The position numbers and the translations under genes are program-made. Below the pieces are notes generated by a model. The model worked only from the letters and a program-made list of their open reading frames with translations. It had not been told where the DNA came from and did not search any database. From Arsukibacterium sp. (GTDB lineage: Bacteria > Pseudomonadota > Gammaproteobacteria > Enterobacterales > Alteromonadaceae): DNA of 64,000 nt. The DNA lies in the NCBI RefSeq assembly GCF_041616895.1, contig NZ_JBFJPY010000005.1, positions 1,401 through 65,400 on the forward strand. Direction: 5' to 3'. This document shows, in pieces, positions 23,055-33,986 of this stretch (positions are counted from its first letter, which is position 1; each line of letters opens with the position of its first letter).

Positions 23055-25078
23055 GGTTCAATACTGGCCGGATCGGTAACCAGCACCTGTTGGCCTACCT
23101 GTAACTTACTTTGTTCTGTCAGGTTATTCCATGCCATAAAGCGTTCCAGCCGGATATTATAGCGATATGAAATCCCGAACATGGTTTCTCCCGCAGCAAC
23201 CTGATGGTAAGGCTCAGTAACCTCCAGCGGCTCACTAAACTCTGCCAGCCTCGCTACTGTTTGCATTTGCAACTGCGCGTCATCGACTTTAGTCAGCCAA
23301 ATTCGCTGACCGGTTTTGATGACAGATTCCGGGGTTAATTGGTTCCACTCCATCAGCTTTGCCAGCCGGATATTATGGGCTACCGAAATGGCATACAGTG
23401 ACTCACCTTCCTGTACCAGATGAAATTCAGGTGCGCTGTCATCAGACCGTGGCATAGCGGCAACTTGTGGCTGTTCGCTGGACGCGGTTTCAGTTTCCGG
23501 CAAGGTTTCTGCTGCGATAACTTCGCCAGTACTTTCATTTTCGCTTGCCGCCTGACCAGGCTGCGCTGCACTGGCGGCTTCCTGCTCAACCAGAACCGTC
23601 TCTGCTGGCAGGCTTACCGGAGGGGTAGCGGCCAAAATCATCTGGCTTGGGTCCTGTTGGCCTGATGTGGCTTTTGGTTGCTGTCCGGCTGAGGACTGTT
23701 GCGCGGCCAATTGCCGGGCTGTCTCAGCAGCTTGTTGCTCTGCAAGCTGTTGGTCTGCTATTTTTTTATCTGCTAGTTCACTGGCAGCACGTTGCTCGGC
23801 AGCCAGCTGCTCGGCGGCCAGTTGCTCGGCGGCCAGTTGCTCAGCCGCATTTTGAGCCGCCAGCGCTTCTGCAGCCGCTTGTTGTGCTGCTAATTGCCGG
23901 GATTTTTCGGCAGCTTGCGCTACGGCAGCTTGTTGTTCAGCCAAAACTTTCGCTGCAGTATCGTCTTGCTCCGGTAACTGGCTGGTTGCCAGAACGCCAG
24001 CAATGGCCTGGCTGCTCACGGAACGCTCTGCCGTGGTTGGCTGCTCTTTCTGCACGCTGGATGATGTGGTACCGGATTGGCTTTGCGGGCTATTGCCGCT
24101 GTCCTGCTCAGTTCTCAGATCTTGTTCAGGTTCATCTGCACTCGATTCAGTCGTTTTACGTCTGACAACTCGTAACCTGGGGTTGGCGACGGGCTCAGTG
24201 GGTGTGGCTGCAACAGCGTTATTATCAGGCAACACAATATTTGCCATTAAACTCAGTTTATATTGCTCACGCAGCTGCTCAAACTCACTATCGAGTAAAC
24301 GTTGCTGTAATAACAAACGGGCTTCTGGTGTATCAATGTATAAGGTAAGTAAGAGTTGTTCAGCATGCTTCATGGTGCTGACATCGCCCTGCTTTTCAGC
24401 CACCAGATAATTCAGCAGCGTGCTGCGCGCTGAAACCCGGCCTAAGCGCTGAATTCGCTGTAGCGATGTTTTTGCACCCACATTGTCGCCCATTGCATAA
24501 TTGATAGCGGCCAGATTGATCAGTGAACTGATCCGGGTGCCATTGTGAGATACTGAGGACTCAAGAAAGGTTTTCGCTTTACTGTAGCCTTGCTGATCGA
24601 GCTGGCAAAGCGCCAGATTTTCATAGCTCTCAGCCACCCTGATATAGCCGGGCCGTGAAATAGCCCGTAGCAGCAACGCTTCTGCTTCCTGGTATTTCCC
24701 AATTTGGCACAGAAATGCACCGTAGTTGTTGTAGGCATCCGCATTATTACTGTCTTTGTCGAGCGCTTTTTTATAGGCGTCTTCAGCCTGAACATGCTCG
24801 CCAACACTTTGGTAGTAAAAAGCCAACGCGTTATAAACTTCAGGTAAATCGGGGGCGAAGGCTTTCGCCCGTTCTAAGTTGTATTTGGCCTGGGTAGTAT
24901 CACCACGCCGTAAATAATTTAAGCCCAGAGAAATTCGGGTGCGGGCAGCTTCACTATTATCAAGACTTCGCTCACCAACCTGGCGGTCAGAGCCGACATA
25001 ACTGCTTTCTGACACACACGCCGTCAGGGTTAACGACACACACAGTGCGAGCCCTACCGAAAATTTCTGCATTACCAC
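23051..25078 (-). CDS. pilW: Type IV pilus pilotin PilW/PilF (TPR lipoprotein) extended by a low-complexity linker and two C-terminal LysM domains
   Basis: Lipobox LTAC and TPRs (AARTRISLGLNYL, AYNNYGAFLC, YENLALC). Position between rlmN and rodZ. LysM-like HLVQEGESLYAISVAHNI and HQVAAGETMFGISYRYNI. Start is GTG 25078 or ATG 25072. Confidence 0.85.
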   Translation of the reverse strand: MVMQKFSVGLALCVSLTLTACVSESSYVGSDRQVGERSLDNSEAARTRISLGLNYLRRGDTTQAKYNLERAKAFAPDLPEVYNALAFYYQSVGEHVQAEDAYKKALDKDSNNADAYNNYGAFLCQIGKYQEAEALLLRAISRPGYIRVAESYENLALCQLDQQGYSKAKTFLESSVSHNGTRISSLINLAAINYAMGDNVGAKTSLQRIQRLGRVSARSTLLNYLVAEKQGDVSTMKHAEQLLLTLYIDTPEARLLLQQRLLDSEFEQLREQYKLSLMANIVLPDNNAVAATPTEPVANPRLRVVRRKTTESSADEPEQDLRTEQDSGNSPQSQSGTTSSSVQKEQPTTAERSVSSQAIAGVLATSQLPEQDDTAAKVLAEQQAAVAQAAEKSRQLAAQQAAAEALAAQNAAEQLAAEQLAAEQLAAEQRAASELADKKIADQQLAEQQAAETARQLAAQQSSAGQQPKATSGQQDPSQMILAATPPVSLPAETVLVEQEAASAAQPGQAASENESTGEVIAAETLPETETASSEQPQVAAMPRSDDSAPEFHLVQEGESLYAISVAHNIRLAKLMEWNQLTPESVIKTGQRIWLTKVDDAQLQMQTVARLAEFSEPLEVTEPYHQVAAGETMFGISYRYNIRLERFMAWNNLTEQSKLQVGQQVLVTDPASIEP
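23791..23845 (-). repeat. 15-bp coding tandem repeat (AEQLA units) inside pilW
   Basis: gttgctcggcagcca / gctgctcggcggcca / gttgctcggcggcca / gttgctcagc on the plus strand. Confidence 0.9.
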
Positions 25079-25093
25079 TGGTCATCCCTTGGG

Positions 25094-26221
25094 TTACAGC
25101 AGCGTTTTAACCAGGATTGGCTGGCCTTTCTGCTGCTTCTTAATCAGTCTTTTGGTTCGATCAATCACATCGCCTACTAACTGGCCACAGGCTGCATCGA
25201 TATCATCGCCCCGGGTTTTCCGTACCATAACAGTAAAACCGTGTTGTTGTAACACCTTGTTAAAACGGTCAATCCGGGAGTTACTCGATCTTTTATAAGG
25301 TGAGCCCGGATACGGATTAAACGGGATCAGATTAATCTTTGCTGGCGTATCTTGCAATGCCTGCGCTAGCTCATGCGCCTGTTCCATACTATCGTTAACG
25401 CCATCGAGCATAACATACTCTACTGTGACCTTATCATTGGCCTTAGAGTTCTCGACATATCGGCGCGAAGCCGCTAAAAATTGCTCCATCGGGTATTTTT
25501 TATTCACTGGGACCAGTTCATCCCGCAGGGCATTATTGGGCGCATGCAATGAAATAGCCAGAGCCACATCTATTCGCTCACGCAATAAGTCCAGCGCCGG
25601 CACCACACCAGAGGTACTTAAGGTAACCCGGCGTTTGGACAATCCAAAACCGTAATCCTCCAGCATCAGTTCCATCGCCGGAACTACGTTGTTCAGGTTT
25701 AACAGTGGCTCGCCCATGCCCATCATCACTACGTTAGTGACAGGCTTTTCACCGGTATCACCGTAGCTGCCAATAATTTGTGCGACCCGCCACACCTGGC
25801 CGATAATTTCACTAACGCTAAGATTTCGGTTAAACCCCTGCTGCGCTGTCGAGCAAAACGTACAATCGAGAGCACAACCCACTTGTGAAGATACACAAAG
25901 CGTGCGCCGGTCTTTCTCCGGGATCCAGACAGTTTCCACCTCCTGGCCGCCGGCTAAGCCCATCACAAATTTTATGGTACCGTCGGTACTGTCTTGCCGG
26001 GTAACAACTACAGGGGCCGCTATCACCGCCAGGGTTTTTAACTTATCGCGCAATGTTTTATTGATATTGGTCATTTTGTCGAAGTCATCAACGCAGTAGT
26101 GGTAGATCCATTTCATTACCTGATCGGCACGAAATGGTTTCTCACCTAATGACACAAAAAATTCCTGCATTTGTGGACGGGTAAAATCTAACAAATTTAC
26201 CTGATTTACCGGCTTGTTCAT
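25094..26221 (-). CDS. rlmN: Dual-specificity 23S rRNA/tRNA methyltransferase RlmN (radical SAM)
   Basis: [30 protein letters not shown]. Start MNKPVNQ at 26221 preferred. Confidence 0.97.
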   Translation of the reverse strand: MNKPVNQVNLLDFTRPQMQEFFVSLGEKPFRADQVMKWIYHYCVDDFDKMTNINKTLRDKLKTLAVIAAPVVVTRQDSTDGTIKFVMGLAGGQEVETVWIPEKDRRTLCVSSQVGCALDCTFCSTAQQGFNRNLSVSEIIGQVWRVAQIIGSYGDTGEKPVTNVVMMGMGEPLLNLNNVVPAMELMLEDYGFGLSKRRVTLSTSGVVPALDLLRERIDVALAISLHAPNNALRDELVPVNKKYPMEQFLAASRRYVENSKANDKVTVEYVMLDGVNDSMEQAHELAQALQDTPAKINLIPFNPYPGSPYKRSSNSRIDRFNKVLQQHGFTVMVRKTRGDDIDAACGQLVGDVIDRTKRLIKKQQKGQPILVKTLL

Positions 26222-26310
26222 ACCCTGATAACTCCTGCTGACACCTATCAATAACTCACTATTACCGCTTTATATATCCAAAGAATTTCGAAAGACGATG
26301 GATAAAGGCA

Positions 26311-26334
26311 GAAAAGGGGCTGACGCCCCCTTTC
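26311..26334 (-). terminator. Intrinsic terminator downstream of ndk
   Basis: AAAAGGGGC-TGAC-GCCCCCTTT. Confidence 0.6.
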
Positions 26335-26367
26335 CATTTAGCTTATACAGCTAACACCTACCCAATA

Positions 26368-26799
26368 TTAACGGGTACGGCTGCAAAGCTCAGCTTCAGT
26401 GAAGAAAAACGCAATTTCACGAGCCGCAGATGCTGCTGCATCAGAACCGTGTACCGCGTTTTCGTCAATGCTGTCTGCATAATCAGCGCGTAACGTACCG
26501 GCTAATGCATCTTTAGGGTTAGTGGCACCCATAATTTCACGGTTCTTACGCACAGCGTCTTCGCCCTCTAATACCTGAACCATTACCGGGCCAGACGTCA
26601 TGAAGCTTACCAGCGCTTTAAAAAATGGACGCTCTTTGTGCTCGCCGTAGAAACCTTCTGCTTGTTCCTGGCTTAAGTGTAGCATTTTAGAAGCAACAAT
26701 CTTAAGGCCGGCAGATTCAAAACGGTGATAGATAGCACCGATCAGGTTTTTTGCTACAGCATCGGGTTTAACGATTGAAAAAGTACGTTCTAAGGCCAT
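26368..26799 (-). CDS. ndk: Nucleoside diphosphate kinase
   Basis: [15 protein letters not shown] (start 26799), catalytic NAVHGSD. Confidence 0.98.
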   Translation of the reverse strand: MALERTFSIVKPDAVAKNLIGAIYHRFESAGLKIVASKMLHLSQEQAEGFYGEHKERPFFKALVSFMTSGPVMVQVLEGEDAVRKNREIMGATNPKDALAGTLRADYADSIDENAVHGSDAAASAAREIAFFFTEAELCSRTR

Positions 26800-26890
26800 G
26801 TCAGGCTCCTGCAATTAAAGGGTTAAAATTTTAAGGCGGCAAATTATACGCTAATTACCAAAAAAAACATACCGTGCCAATCATCTCACC

Positions 26891-27229
26891 CTAGTGGCCT
26901 TCACTAACCATATTGACGGTGTACTTAGGGATCTCCACCACCAGATCTTCATCGGCAATCCTGGCCTGACAACCCAGGCGCGATTCGGGCTCCAGGCCCC
27001 AGGCTTTATCCAGCATATCGTCTTCCAGCTCATCGCTTTCGTTCAGCGAAAAGAAGCCTTCACGGACAATGACATGGCAGGTAGTGCAGGCACAGGATTT
27101 TTCACAGGCATGTTCAATAGCTATGCCATTTTTTAATGCTACATCCAGCACAGTGTCGCCCACGCTGGCATCCAGCGCGGCACCTTGCGGGCATAATTCA
27201 GCATGGGGTAAAAATACTATCTTTGGCAT
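26891..27229 (-). CDS. fdx: ISC system [2Fe-2S] ferredoxin
   Basis: HACEKSCACTTCH, SRLGCQA. Confidence 0.97.
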   Translation of the reverse strand: MPKIVFLPHAELCPQGAALDASVGDTVLDVALKNGIAIEHACEKSCACTTCHVIVREGFFSLNESDELEDDMLDKAWGLEPESRLGCQARIADEDLVVEIPKYTVNMVSEGH

Positions 27230-27231
27230 GG

Positions 27232-29088
27232 TTAAACCTCGTCGACTTTATGGCCCTGCAAGGCTTGCCGGATTGATTGATCCATACGCCGGGCAGCAAA
27301 GTCATCTGTTAAAGTGTTGGTATGTTCAATAGCGGCTTTAATTGCTGCCGTATCGTCTTGCTGCCGCACTTGGGCTAAGGTTGCCAGCGCCGCGTTAATC
27401 TCGGCTAATTCATCTGAATTGAGCAATGCACCATCGTGCTGCACTGCAGCAGTAACGGCTTCCAGCACCCGATCAGCTTCTACCTGTTGTTCACGCAGCA
27501 ACCGCCGTTGCATATCCTGCCGGGCATGCTGCATTGAACCGCTGATCATACCGGCTACCTGCTCATCCGTTAAACCATAGGAAGGCTTAACCTGAATACC
27601 CGCCGCAACGCCGGTCGATTTCTCTTCGGCGCTGACGCTAAGCAAGCCATCAGCATCAACCTGAAAGGTAACCCGGATATGGGCACCGCCGGCTGGCATC
27701 GGCGGAATACCACGTAATTCAAAGCGTGCCAGTGAGCGACAGTCTTCGACTAACTCGCGTTCACCTTGCAACACGTGAATAGCCATTGCGGTCTGGCCGT
27801 CTTTAAAGGTGGTAAATTCCTGAGCTCGACTTACCGGGATCACGGTATTTCGTGGTATTACTTTTTCAGTCAGGCCGCCCATGGTTTCCAGACCCAGCGA
27901 CAAGGGAATAACATCCAGTAGCAAGGTCTCGTGTTCGGCTTTATTGCCCACCAGTACATTGGCCTGAATAGCGGCGCCCAGCGCCACGACTTTATCCGGG
28001 TCAATCGAGGTTAGTGGCTCTGAGGCAAAAAACTGACCTACTTCGCTGCGCACCAATGGTACGCGGGTTGAGCCGCCCACCATCACCACATTAGCTACTT
28101 CGTCAGGGGTTAAACCGGCATCGCGTAGTACCTGACGGCAACTGCGGATGGTTTTTTTCACCAACGGGCCAGCAAGCTGCTCAAATTCATCGCGGCTAAG
28201 GCTGCCTGATACCTGCTGGTTATCTGCACTAAAAGCGTAATCGGCTTTAGCGCTGTCGGTTAGCTGTTCTTTTAAATTGCGAGCCACGGTTAAATACTGG
28301 CGTCTGGCAGTATGGCTTAATGTTTGCTGGCCGCTTTGTTGCTGCATCCAGCCGACGATCATCTGGTCAAAGTCATCGCCACCCAGTGCGGAATCACCGC
28401 CGGTGGCCAGTACTTCAAACACACCGCGTTTGAGGCGTAAAATAGAAATATCGAAGGTGCCACCGCCTAAATCGTAAACGGCAATAACCCCTTCCTGGCC
28501 AGAGTCGAGGCCATACGCCAGCGCCGCAGCAGTTGGCTCATTTAGTAGTCTCAATACATTTAGGCCGGCAAGCTTAGCGGCATCTTTTGTTGCCTGGCGC
28601 TGAGCATCGTCAAAATAGGCCGGCACGGTAATGACTACGCCATTAAGTTCACCGCCCAGCACCTGGCTGGCGGTGTCGGCCAGGGTTGCCAGAATTTCCG
28701 CAGAAACTTCCACCGGGTTTTTCACGCCATCACGTGTGTCTACTGCAGCCAGACCGTCTTGATCGACTAACTGATAGGGTAATAACTCTGCCAGAAGTTG
28801 GGTTTCGGTATAGCCTTTGCCCATCAGGCGTTTAATGGAGAATATGGTATTGCTGGCATCCTCTGCTGCAGACATAACAGCCTGCTGGCCAACCTCGGTT
28901 TTAGCCGGACCATAGCGCACCACCGACGGGATCATATCACTGCCATCGGCATTGCTTAGGGTACTGGCCTGGCCGCTGCGAACCGCTGCAACTAAAGAAT
29001 TGGTAGTACCTAAATCGATACCCGCTGCCAGTTTATGATGGTGGGGCGCGGCACTCTGGCCGGGCTCTGCAATCTGTAATAACGCCAT
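27232..29088 (-). CDS. hscA: Fe-S assembly chaperone HscA
   Basis: [20 protein letters not shown], Hsp70 motifs. Located in the isc cluster. Confidence 0.97.
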   Translation of the reverse strand: MALLQIAEPGQSAAPHHHKLAAGIDLGTTNSLVAAVRSGQASTLSNADGSDMIPSVVRYGPAKTEVGQQAVMSAAEDASNTIFSIKRLMGKGYTETQLLAELLPYQLVDQDGLAAVDTRDGVKNPVEVSAEILATLADTASQVLGGELNGVVITVPAYFDDAQRQATKDAAKLAGLNVLRLLNEPTAAALAYGLDSGQEGVIAVYDLGGGTFDISILRLKRGVFEVLATGGDSALGGDDFDQMIVGWMQQQSGQQTLSHTARRQYLTVARNLKEQLTDSAKADYAFSADNQQVSGSLSRDEFEQLAGPLVKKTIRSCRQVLRDAGLTPDEVANVVMVGGSTRVPLVRSEVGQFFASEPLTSIDPDKVVALGAAIQANVLVGNKAEHETLLLDVIPLSLGLETMGGLTEKVIPRNTVIPVSRAQEFTTFKDGQTAMAIHVLQGERELVEDCRSLARFELRGIPPMPAGGAHIRVTFQVDADGLLSVSAEEKSTGVAAGIQVKPSYGLTDEQVAGMISGSMQHARQDMQRRLLREQQVEADRVLEAVTAAVQHDGALLNSDELAEINAALATLAQVRQQDDTAAIKAAIEHTNTLTDDFAARRMDQSIRQALQGHKVDEV

Positions 29089-29096
29089 AGCTTAAT

Positions 29097-29621
29097 TTAG
29101 TCTTGTATTTGCTGTTCTATTAACTCCAGCTCGTGCTGCAGTTTAAAGAAAAATTTGAGTTTACGCACCAGTTCCGCTGCCTGCTGGTTTTGCTCAGCTG
29201 TATTGGCGTCCAATGTTGCCGCCAGCTGCTTTAACAACACTTTGCGCTGCTGCTGCAATTGCTGTTCTACCGCCATAATGGCGCTGTCAGGATCGGCACT
29301 ACTACTGATTTCTTCCAGTTGCTCGCGCAGTTCCATTTGCTGCATTAAAAACACCGGATCGGTAAAGCTGCGCTGCTCGTGGCTTATTTTTAAACCACGC
29401 AGCGCCAATAAATGTTCCGCCCGCAGCAGCGGTTGTTTCAGGCTATGGTAGGCATCATTGATGTTAGCGGTTTGCTGCACCGACATTAGCCGGTCGCGAT
29501 GAGACGCTGCCGCATGTTTGTCGGGATGAAACTTGCGCTGCAAAGCCAGATAACGTGAGCCTAATTCAGTTAAGTCCAGCTCAAAGGTCGCTGGTAAATC
29601 AAACAACTGAAAATAATTCAT
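29097..29621 (-). CDS. hscB: Co-chaperone HscB
   Basis: MNYFQLFDLP, J-domain HPD, FLMQQMELRE. Confidence 0.96.
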   Translation of the reverse strand: MNYFQLFDLPATFELDLTELGSRYLALQRKFHPDKHAAASHRDRLMSVQQTANINDAYHSLKQPLLRAEHLLALRGLKISHEQRSFTDPVFLMQQMELREQLEEISSSADPDSAIMAVEQQLQQQRKVLLKQLAATLDANTAEQNQQAAELVRKLKFFFKLQHELELIEQQIQD

Positions 29622-29651
29622 GCAATATTGGCCTTACAGCAGTCGGAGTAA

Positions 29652-29975
29652 TTAAACGGTAAAGCTTTCGCCGCAGCCACATTCGCCGTTAACATTCGGA
29701 TTATTGAACTGAAAACCCTCGTTCAGGCCTTCTTTAACAAAATCCAGCTGGGTGCCATCGATGTACACCAAGCTTTTGCCGTCAACAATCAGTTTCAGAC
29801 CGTGCTCTTCAAATACCTGATCATCATCATGCAGCTCATCGACAAACTCCAGCACATAAGCAAGGCCAGAGCAACCGGTGGTTTTTACACCAACCCGCAA
29901 GCCCAACCCTTTGCCACGATTTTGCAGAAAGTTTTGCACTCTTTCAGCTGCCGCTGTGGTCATCGATATTGCCAT
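29652..29975 (-). CDS. iscA: Fe-S assembly protein IscA
   Basis: [17 protein letters not shown]. Confidence 0.97.
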   Translation of the reverse strand: MAISMTTAAAERVQNFLQNRGKGLGLRVGVKTTGCSGLAYVLEFVDELHDDDQVFEEHGLKLIVDGKSLVYIDGTQLDFVKEGLNEGFQFNNPNVNGECGCGESFTV

Positions 29976-29981
29976 GCCGTG

Positions 29982-30365
29982 TTAACCCCCACGCTTTTGC
30001 TTATAATCGGCAATCGCCGCCTTAATCGCGTCTTCTGCCAGAATAGAGCAATGAATTTTTACCGGAGGCAACGCCAGTTCGTGGGCGATGTCGGTATTTT
30101 TAATCTGCTGAGCTTCATCAAGGCTTTTGCCTTTAACCCACTCTGTTACCAGTGAACTGGACGCGATAGCGCTGCCGCAGCCATAGGTTTTAAATTTAGC
30201 ATCTTCAATAATGCCCTGCGCATTCACTTTAATTTGCAGTTTCATTACGTCACCACAAGCCGGCGCACCAACCATACCCGTCGCGATGCTAGGGTCGTCT
30301 TTGGCGAAAGAACCCACGTTACGTGGATTTTCATAGTGATCGATTACTTTATTGCTGTAAGCCAT
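29982..30365 (-). CDS. iscU: Fe-S scaffold IscU
   Basis: GAPACGD, GCGSAIASSS, LPPVKIHCS. Confidence 0.98.
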   Translation of the reverse strand: MAYSNKVIDHYENPRNVGSFAKDDPSIATGMVGAPACGDVMKLQIKVNAQGIIEDAKFKTYGCGSAIASSSLVTEWVKGKSLDEAQQIKNTDIAHELALPPVKIHCSILAEDAIKAAIADYKQKRGG

Positions 30366-30395
30366 GATCTGTTACCTCGTTGGGCCGGATGGCGC

Positions 30396-31610
30396 TTAGT
30401 GCGCTACCCATGCCACAGTGTTTAAATCAATACCGTCTTTGAACATGTCCCATAACGGTGACATTTCACGTAGTTTATCAATCGCTTGATGGACAATTTT
30501 GATAGTATGGTCAATTTGCGCTTCAGTGGTAAACCGCCCAATACTAAACCTGATAGAGCTGTGAGCCAGCTCGTCATTTAAGCCCAGCGCGCGCAATACA
30601 TAAGAAGGCTCTAAACTGGCAGAGGTACAAGCTGAGCCAGACGACACCGCAATGTCTTTCAACGCCATTATCAGCGATTCACCTTCAACAAAATTAAAGC
30701 TGATATTGGTAATGCCCGGCACTCGTGGGGCGCTGTCACCATTTAAGTACACTTGCTCGATATCTTTGATGCCATCCCACAACCGATCTCGCAGCGCAGT
30801 AATACGTTCACGTTCAGCCGCCATTTCTTCTTTGGCTAACCGGAACGCTTCGCCCATAGCCGCGATTTGATGCGGCGCCAAAGTACCCGAACGCATGCCA
30901 CGTTCATGGCCACCACCATGAGTTTGCGCTTCTAAACGAATACGCGGTTTACGCCGCACATATAGAGCACCAATACCTTTAGGACCGTAGGTTTTATGGC
31001 CAGAAAACGACATCAAATCGACCTTCAGACTTTGCAGGTCGATATCCACTTTTCCGGTAGCTTGAGCAGCATCAACATGGAATACAATGCCTTTGCTGCG
31101 ACACAACTCACCGATGGCAGCAATATCCTGAATAACGCCAATTTCGTTATTTACAAACATAATGCTCACAACGGAGGTTTCCGGACGCATGGCTGCCTCT
31201 AACTTGGCAAGATCAACCAGGCCATTGCTTTCAACTTCAAGATACGTCACTTCAAAACCTTCACGCTCGAGCTGGCGCATGGTGTCCAGCACCGCTTTGT
31301 GTTCGGTTTTGGCAGTAATTAAATGCTTACCTTTTTTCTTGTAAAACTGAGCTGCGCCTTTAATGGCCAGGTTATTCGATTCGGTGGCGCCAGAGGTAAA
31401 CACAATTTCACGCGGATCAGCGTTAACCAGCTCTGCGATCTGGCTACGGGCTATTTCCACAGACTCTTCTGCTTGCCAGCCAAACCGGTGCGAACGTGAG
31501 GCCGGGTTACCAAACTCGCCATCCATCGTCAGGTATTGCATCATTTTTTCGGCCACACGCGGATCAACCGGGGTGGTCGCCGCATAGTCCAGATAAATAG
31601 GTAGCTTCAT
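30396..31610 (-). CDS. iscS: Cysteine desulfurase IscS
   Basis: [14 protein letters not shown] (start 31610), [18 protein letters not shown]. Confidence 0.98.
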   Translation of the reverse strand: MKLPIYLDYAATTPVDPRVAEKMMQYLTMDGEFGNPASRSHRFGWQAEESVEIARSQIAELVNADPREIVFTSGATESNNLAIKGAAQFYKKKGKHLITAKTEHKAVLDTMRQLEREGFEVTYLEVESNGLVDLAKLEAAMRPETSVVSIMFVNNEIGVIQDIAAIGELCRSKGIVFHVDAAQATGKVDIDLQSLKVDLMSFSGHKTYGPKGIGALYVRRKPRIRLEAQTHGGGHERGMRSGTLAPHQIAAMGEAFRLAKEEMAAERERITALRDRLWDGIKDIEQVYLNGDSAPRVPGITNISFNFVEGESLIMALKDIAVSSGSACTSASLEPSYVLRALGLNDELAHSSIRFSIGRFTTEAQIDHTIKIVHQAIDKLREMSPLWDMFKDGIDLNTVAWVAH

Positions 31611-31629
31611 TGTTGGCTCCGTATTGCGC

Positions 31630-32112
31630 TTACAGCTGGCAACTGACTTTAATGTCAGTTGCAGGATTTTTAACATTGCGACTATTCTGCCGCTGTGCAA
31701 TCGTTTGCACATCTTGCTGGCTAACCAAAGCTGCCAGGCTGATATTGGTCAGAAAGTCTTCTATTCGATGGCTTAAATCATGCCACAAGGTGTGAGTCAG
31801 ACACTTAACACCGCTCTGGCAATCAGATTTACCCTGACAGCGCGTGGCGTCTACTGACTCATCTACTGCCGCAATGACAGCGGAAATAGAAATAGCCTCA
31901 GCTGCCAGACCCAGCTGGTAACCACCACCCGGACCACGCACACTGCTGACTAAACCCTGTTTACGCAAGCGAGCGAATAACTGTTCAAGATAAGATAACG
32001 AAATACCCTGTCGCTCAGAAATATCGGCCAGCGGCACCGGACCTTGCCCAGCGTGCAATGCCACATCAAGCATGGCAGTAACAGCATAGCGACCTTTCGA
32101 GGTTAATCTCAT
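31630..32112 (-). CDS. iscR: Fe-S cluster regulator IscR
   Basis: [11 protein letters not shown] (start 32112), SYLEQLF, GPGGGY, Cys ligands [16 protein letters not shown]. Confidence 0.97.
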   Translation of the reverse strand: MRLTSKGRYAVTAMLDVALHAGQGPVPLADISERQGISLSYLEQLFARLRKQGLVSSVRGPGGGYQLGLAAEAISISAVIAAVDESVDATRCQGKSDCQSGVKCLTHTLWHDLSHRIEDFLTNISLAALVSQQDVQTIAQRQNSRNVKNPATDIKVSCQL

Positions 32113-32146
32113 ATCAAGCTCCCTGACTACATAGGCGCTATTGTAC

Positions 32147-32196
32147 AATCCTGACTGTTTTAGTCAAGTATATATCCTAGTAACCTGGTCAGGTAT
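32147..32196 (-). promoter_or_regulatory. Two adjacent type-1 IscR binding sites
   Basis: Minus strand ATACCTGACCAGGTTACTAGGATAT (32196-32172) and ATACTTGACTAAAACAGTCAGGATT (32171-32147), compared with the type-1 consensus ATASYYGACTRwwwYAGTCRRSTAT. Confidence 0.85.
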
Positions 32197-32213
32197 TACG
32201 TAACACGATATGA

Positions 32214-33023
32214 CTAAATACCGGGATCAAACGCTTCAACTTCTTTGCGACGCTGCTCTGCAGCATGCTGTTCAGCCCGCTTAAAATCTTCTTCCGGCAA
32301 ATCCAGTTCGGGCATTTCAGCGCAAACATTGCCCCCCAGGCTATTAACGCTGCTGCACAGCTCGGCCACTTTGTTATCCAGCAGATGAATATGATCCAGC
32401 AGGGTACCAATTGCACTGGCAACCGGATCAGGATTTTCAGCAGAAACGGCATAGGCATCAAAACCAAACTTCTTTGCCAGGTGCTGACGCTGTTCACTTA
32501 CTTTTGCTGCAACCTTGGCAACGACCCTTCCCGGAATACCCACCACGGTGGCCCCGGCCGGTACATCGCGCACGACCACCGCATTTGAGCCAATACGGGC
32601 GTTTTCGCCAACCAGTAAGGGCCCTAGCACTTTAGCACCGGCACCAATAACTACGCCATTGGCCAAGGTAGGATGGCGCTTGCCCGGATTCCAGCTGGTA
32701 CCGCCCAGTGTCACGCCATGGTATAGCGTACAGTCATCACCAATTTCAGCCGTTTCACCTATCACTACGCCCATACCGTGATCAATAAAAAAACGCCGGC
32801 CAATTTTCGCTCCCGGGTGAATTTCTACCCCGGTCAGCCAGCGGGCAATCGTACTTAAAAAGCGGGCGAGCCATTTGATGTTTGCCCGCCACAGTTTATG
32901 GTTAAGCCGGTGCCACCAGATGGCATGCAACCCCGGGTAGTTAGTCAGTACCTCAAAGGTACTGCGTGCCGCCGGATCCCGGTCAAACACACTTTTTATA
33001 TCTTCTCTGATACCCGCGAACAT
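32214..33023 (-). CDS. cysE: Serine O-acetyltransferase
   Basis: MFAGIREDI (start 33023), [15 protein letters not shown] hexapeptide repeats, KRHPTL. Confidence 0.95.
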   Translation of the reverse strand: MFAGIREDIKSVFDRDPAARSTFEVLTNYPGLHAIWWHRLNHKLWRANIKWLARFLSTIARWLTGVEIHPGAKIGRRFFIDHGMGVVIGETAEIGDDCTLYHGVTLGGTSWNPGKRHPTLANGVVIGAGAKVLGPLLVGENARIGSNAVVVRDVPAGATVVGIPGRVVAKVAAKVSEQRQHLAKKFGFDAYAVSAENPDPVASAIGTLLDHIHLLDNKVAELCSSVNSLGGNVCAEMPELDLPEEDFKRAEQHAAEQRRKEVEAFDPGI

Positions 33024-33027
33024 CGCC

Positions 33028-33804
33028 TTACTCCTTCTGAGTATTGCTATCAACCTTTTCCAGACGCTGCATTGAGGTTAAAATGCCCCGCAGAATGTTG
33101 TATTCAGCCTCTTCTGGCCGGGCCCGGTTAAACAACCGTTTTAATTTGGTCATCACTACACCCGGGTGCTGCTTAATAATGAATCCGGTGTGCTGCAACG
33201 CCGTTTCCAGATGCTGATAAAAATTTTCCATTTGCGCTGAGCTCGGATAAGCCGCGAGTTCAGTCTCGGCAGAGACCGGCTCGTGCTCCAGGTAGGCCAT
33301 TCTCAGCTCATAGCAAACAATTTGCACTGCCATCGCCAGATTCAGTGAGCTGTACTGTGGGTTAGCCGCAATACAGACATGATAATGACAAAGCTGTAGC
33401 TCTTCATTACTCAGGCCACTAGATTCGCGGCCAAATACTACTGCCACCGGTTTGTTACTCTGGGCAATGGCGAGCTTGGCACATTGCCGTGGATCCAGCA
33501 TTGGCCAGCTTAATGTGCGGGAGCGGGCACTACTACCAACCACTAATGCACAGTCAGCTACGGCTTCAGCCAGCGTCTCAAAGGTCGTGGCCGCGGCCAG
33601 GATCTCACTGGCGCCGGCGGCCAACGCATAAGCCTGGCCATCAGGGGCGGTTTTAGGTGCCACCAGACATAGCTGCGACAGGCCCATGGTTTTCATCGCC
33701 CGGGCAACCGAGCCTATATTGCCAGTATGAGTCGTTCCTACCAGCACCACTTTTATATTGTCTAAGGCAGACACCACATTACTGTTCACAGAGACACTGT
33801 CCAT
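33028..33804 (-). CDS. trmJ: tRNA (cytidine/uridine-2'-O)-methyltransferase TrmJ
   Basis: SPOUT motifs [33 protein letters not shown]. Confidence 0.95.
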   Translation of the reverse strand: MDSVSVNSNVVSALDNIKVVLVGTTHTGNIGSVARAMKTMGLSQLCLVAPKTAPDGQAYALAAGASEILAAATTFETLAEAVADCALVVGSSARSRTLSWPMLDPRQCAKLAIAQSNKPVAVVFGRESSGLSNEELQLCHYHVCIAANPQYSSLNLAMAVQIVCYELRMAYLEHEPVSAETELAAYPSSAQMENFYQHLETALQHTGFIIKQHPGVVMTKLKRLFNRARPEEAEYNILRGILTSMQRLEKVDSNTQKE

Positions 33805-33986
33805 AACAGAAAACCCGATAACGCTTCATCGAAAAGGCTGGCATTCTAGCATAGGCCTTGCCATTTGTTGATTGAAATTTAGCAGTCTGGCCATCTAAAT
33901 GCGCCAACTGCCCCTTATCGATAAACACTGCAATTGCGCGACTGCTTTGCTAAACTACGGCAACTTTTAACAAAGAGAGCCTGAAG

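Noticed and set aside
23647-24410. Several plus-strand ORFs with AASCS repeats opposite pilW
   Set aside because: Antisense shadows of the AEQLA low-complexity linker.
26874-26879. TGGCAC (minus strand) upstream of ndk as a sigma-54 -24 element
   Set aside because: There is no TTGC at -12; a TATAAT with a GC-rich discriminator at 26843-26848 better explains the promoter.
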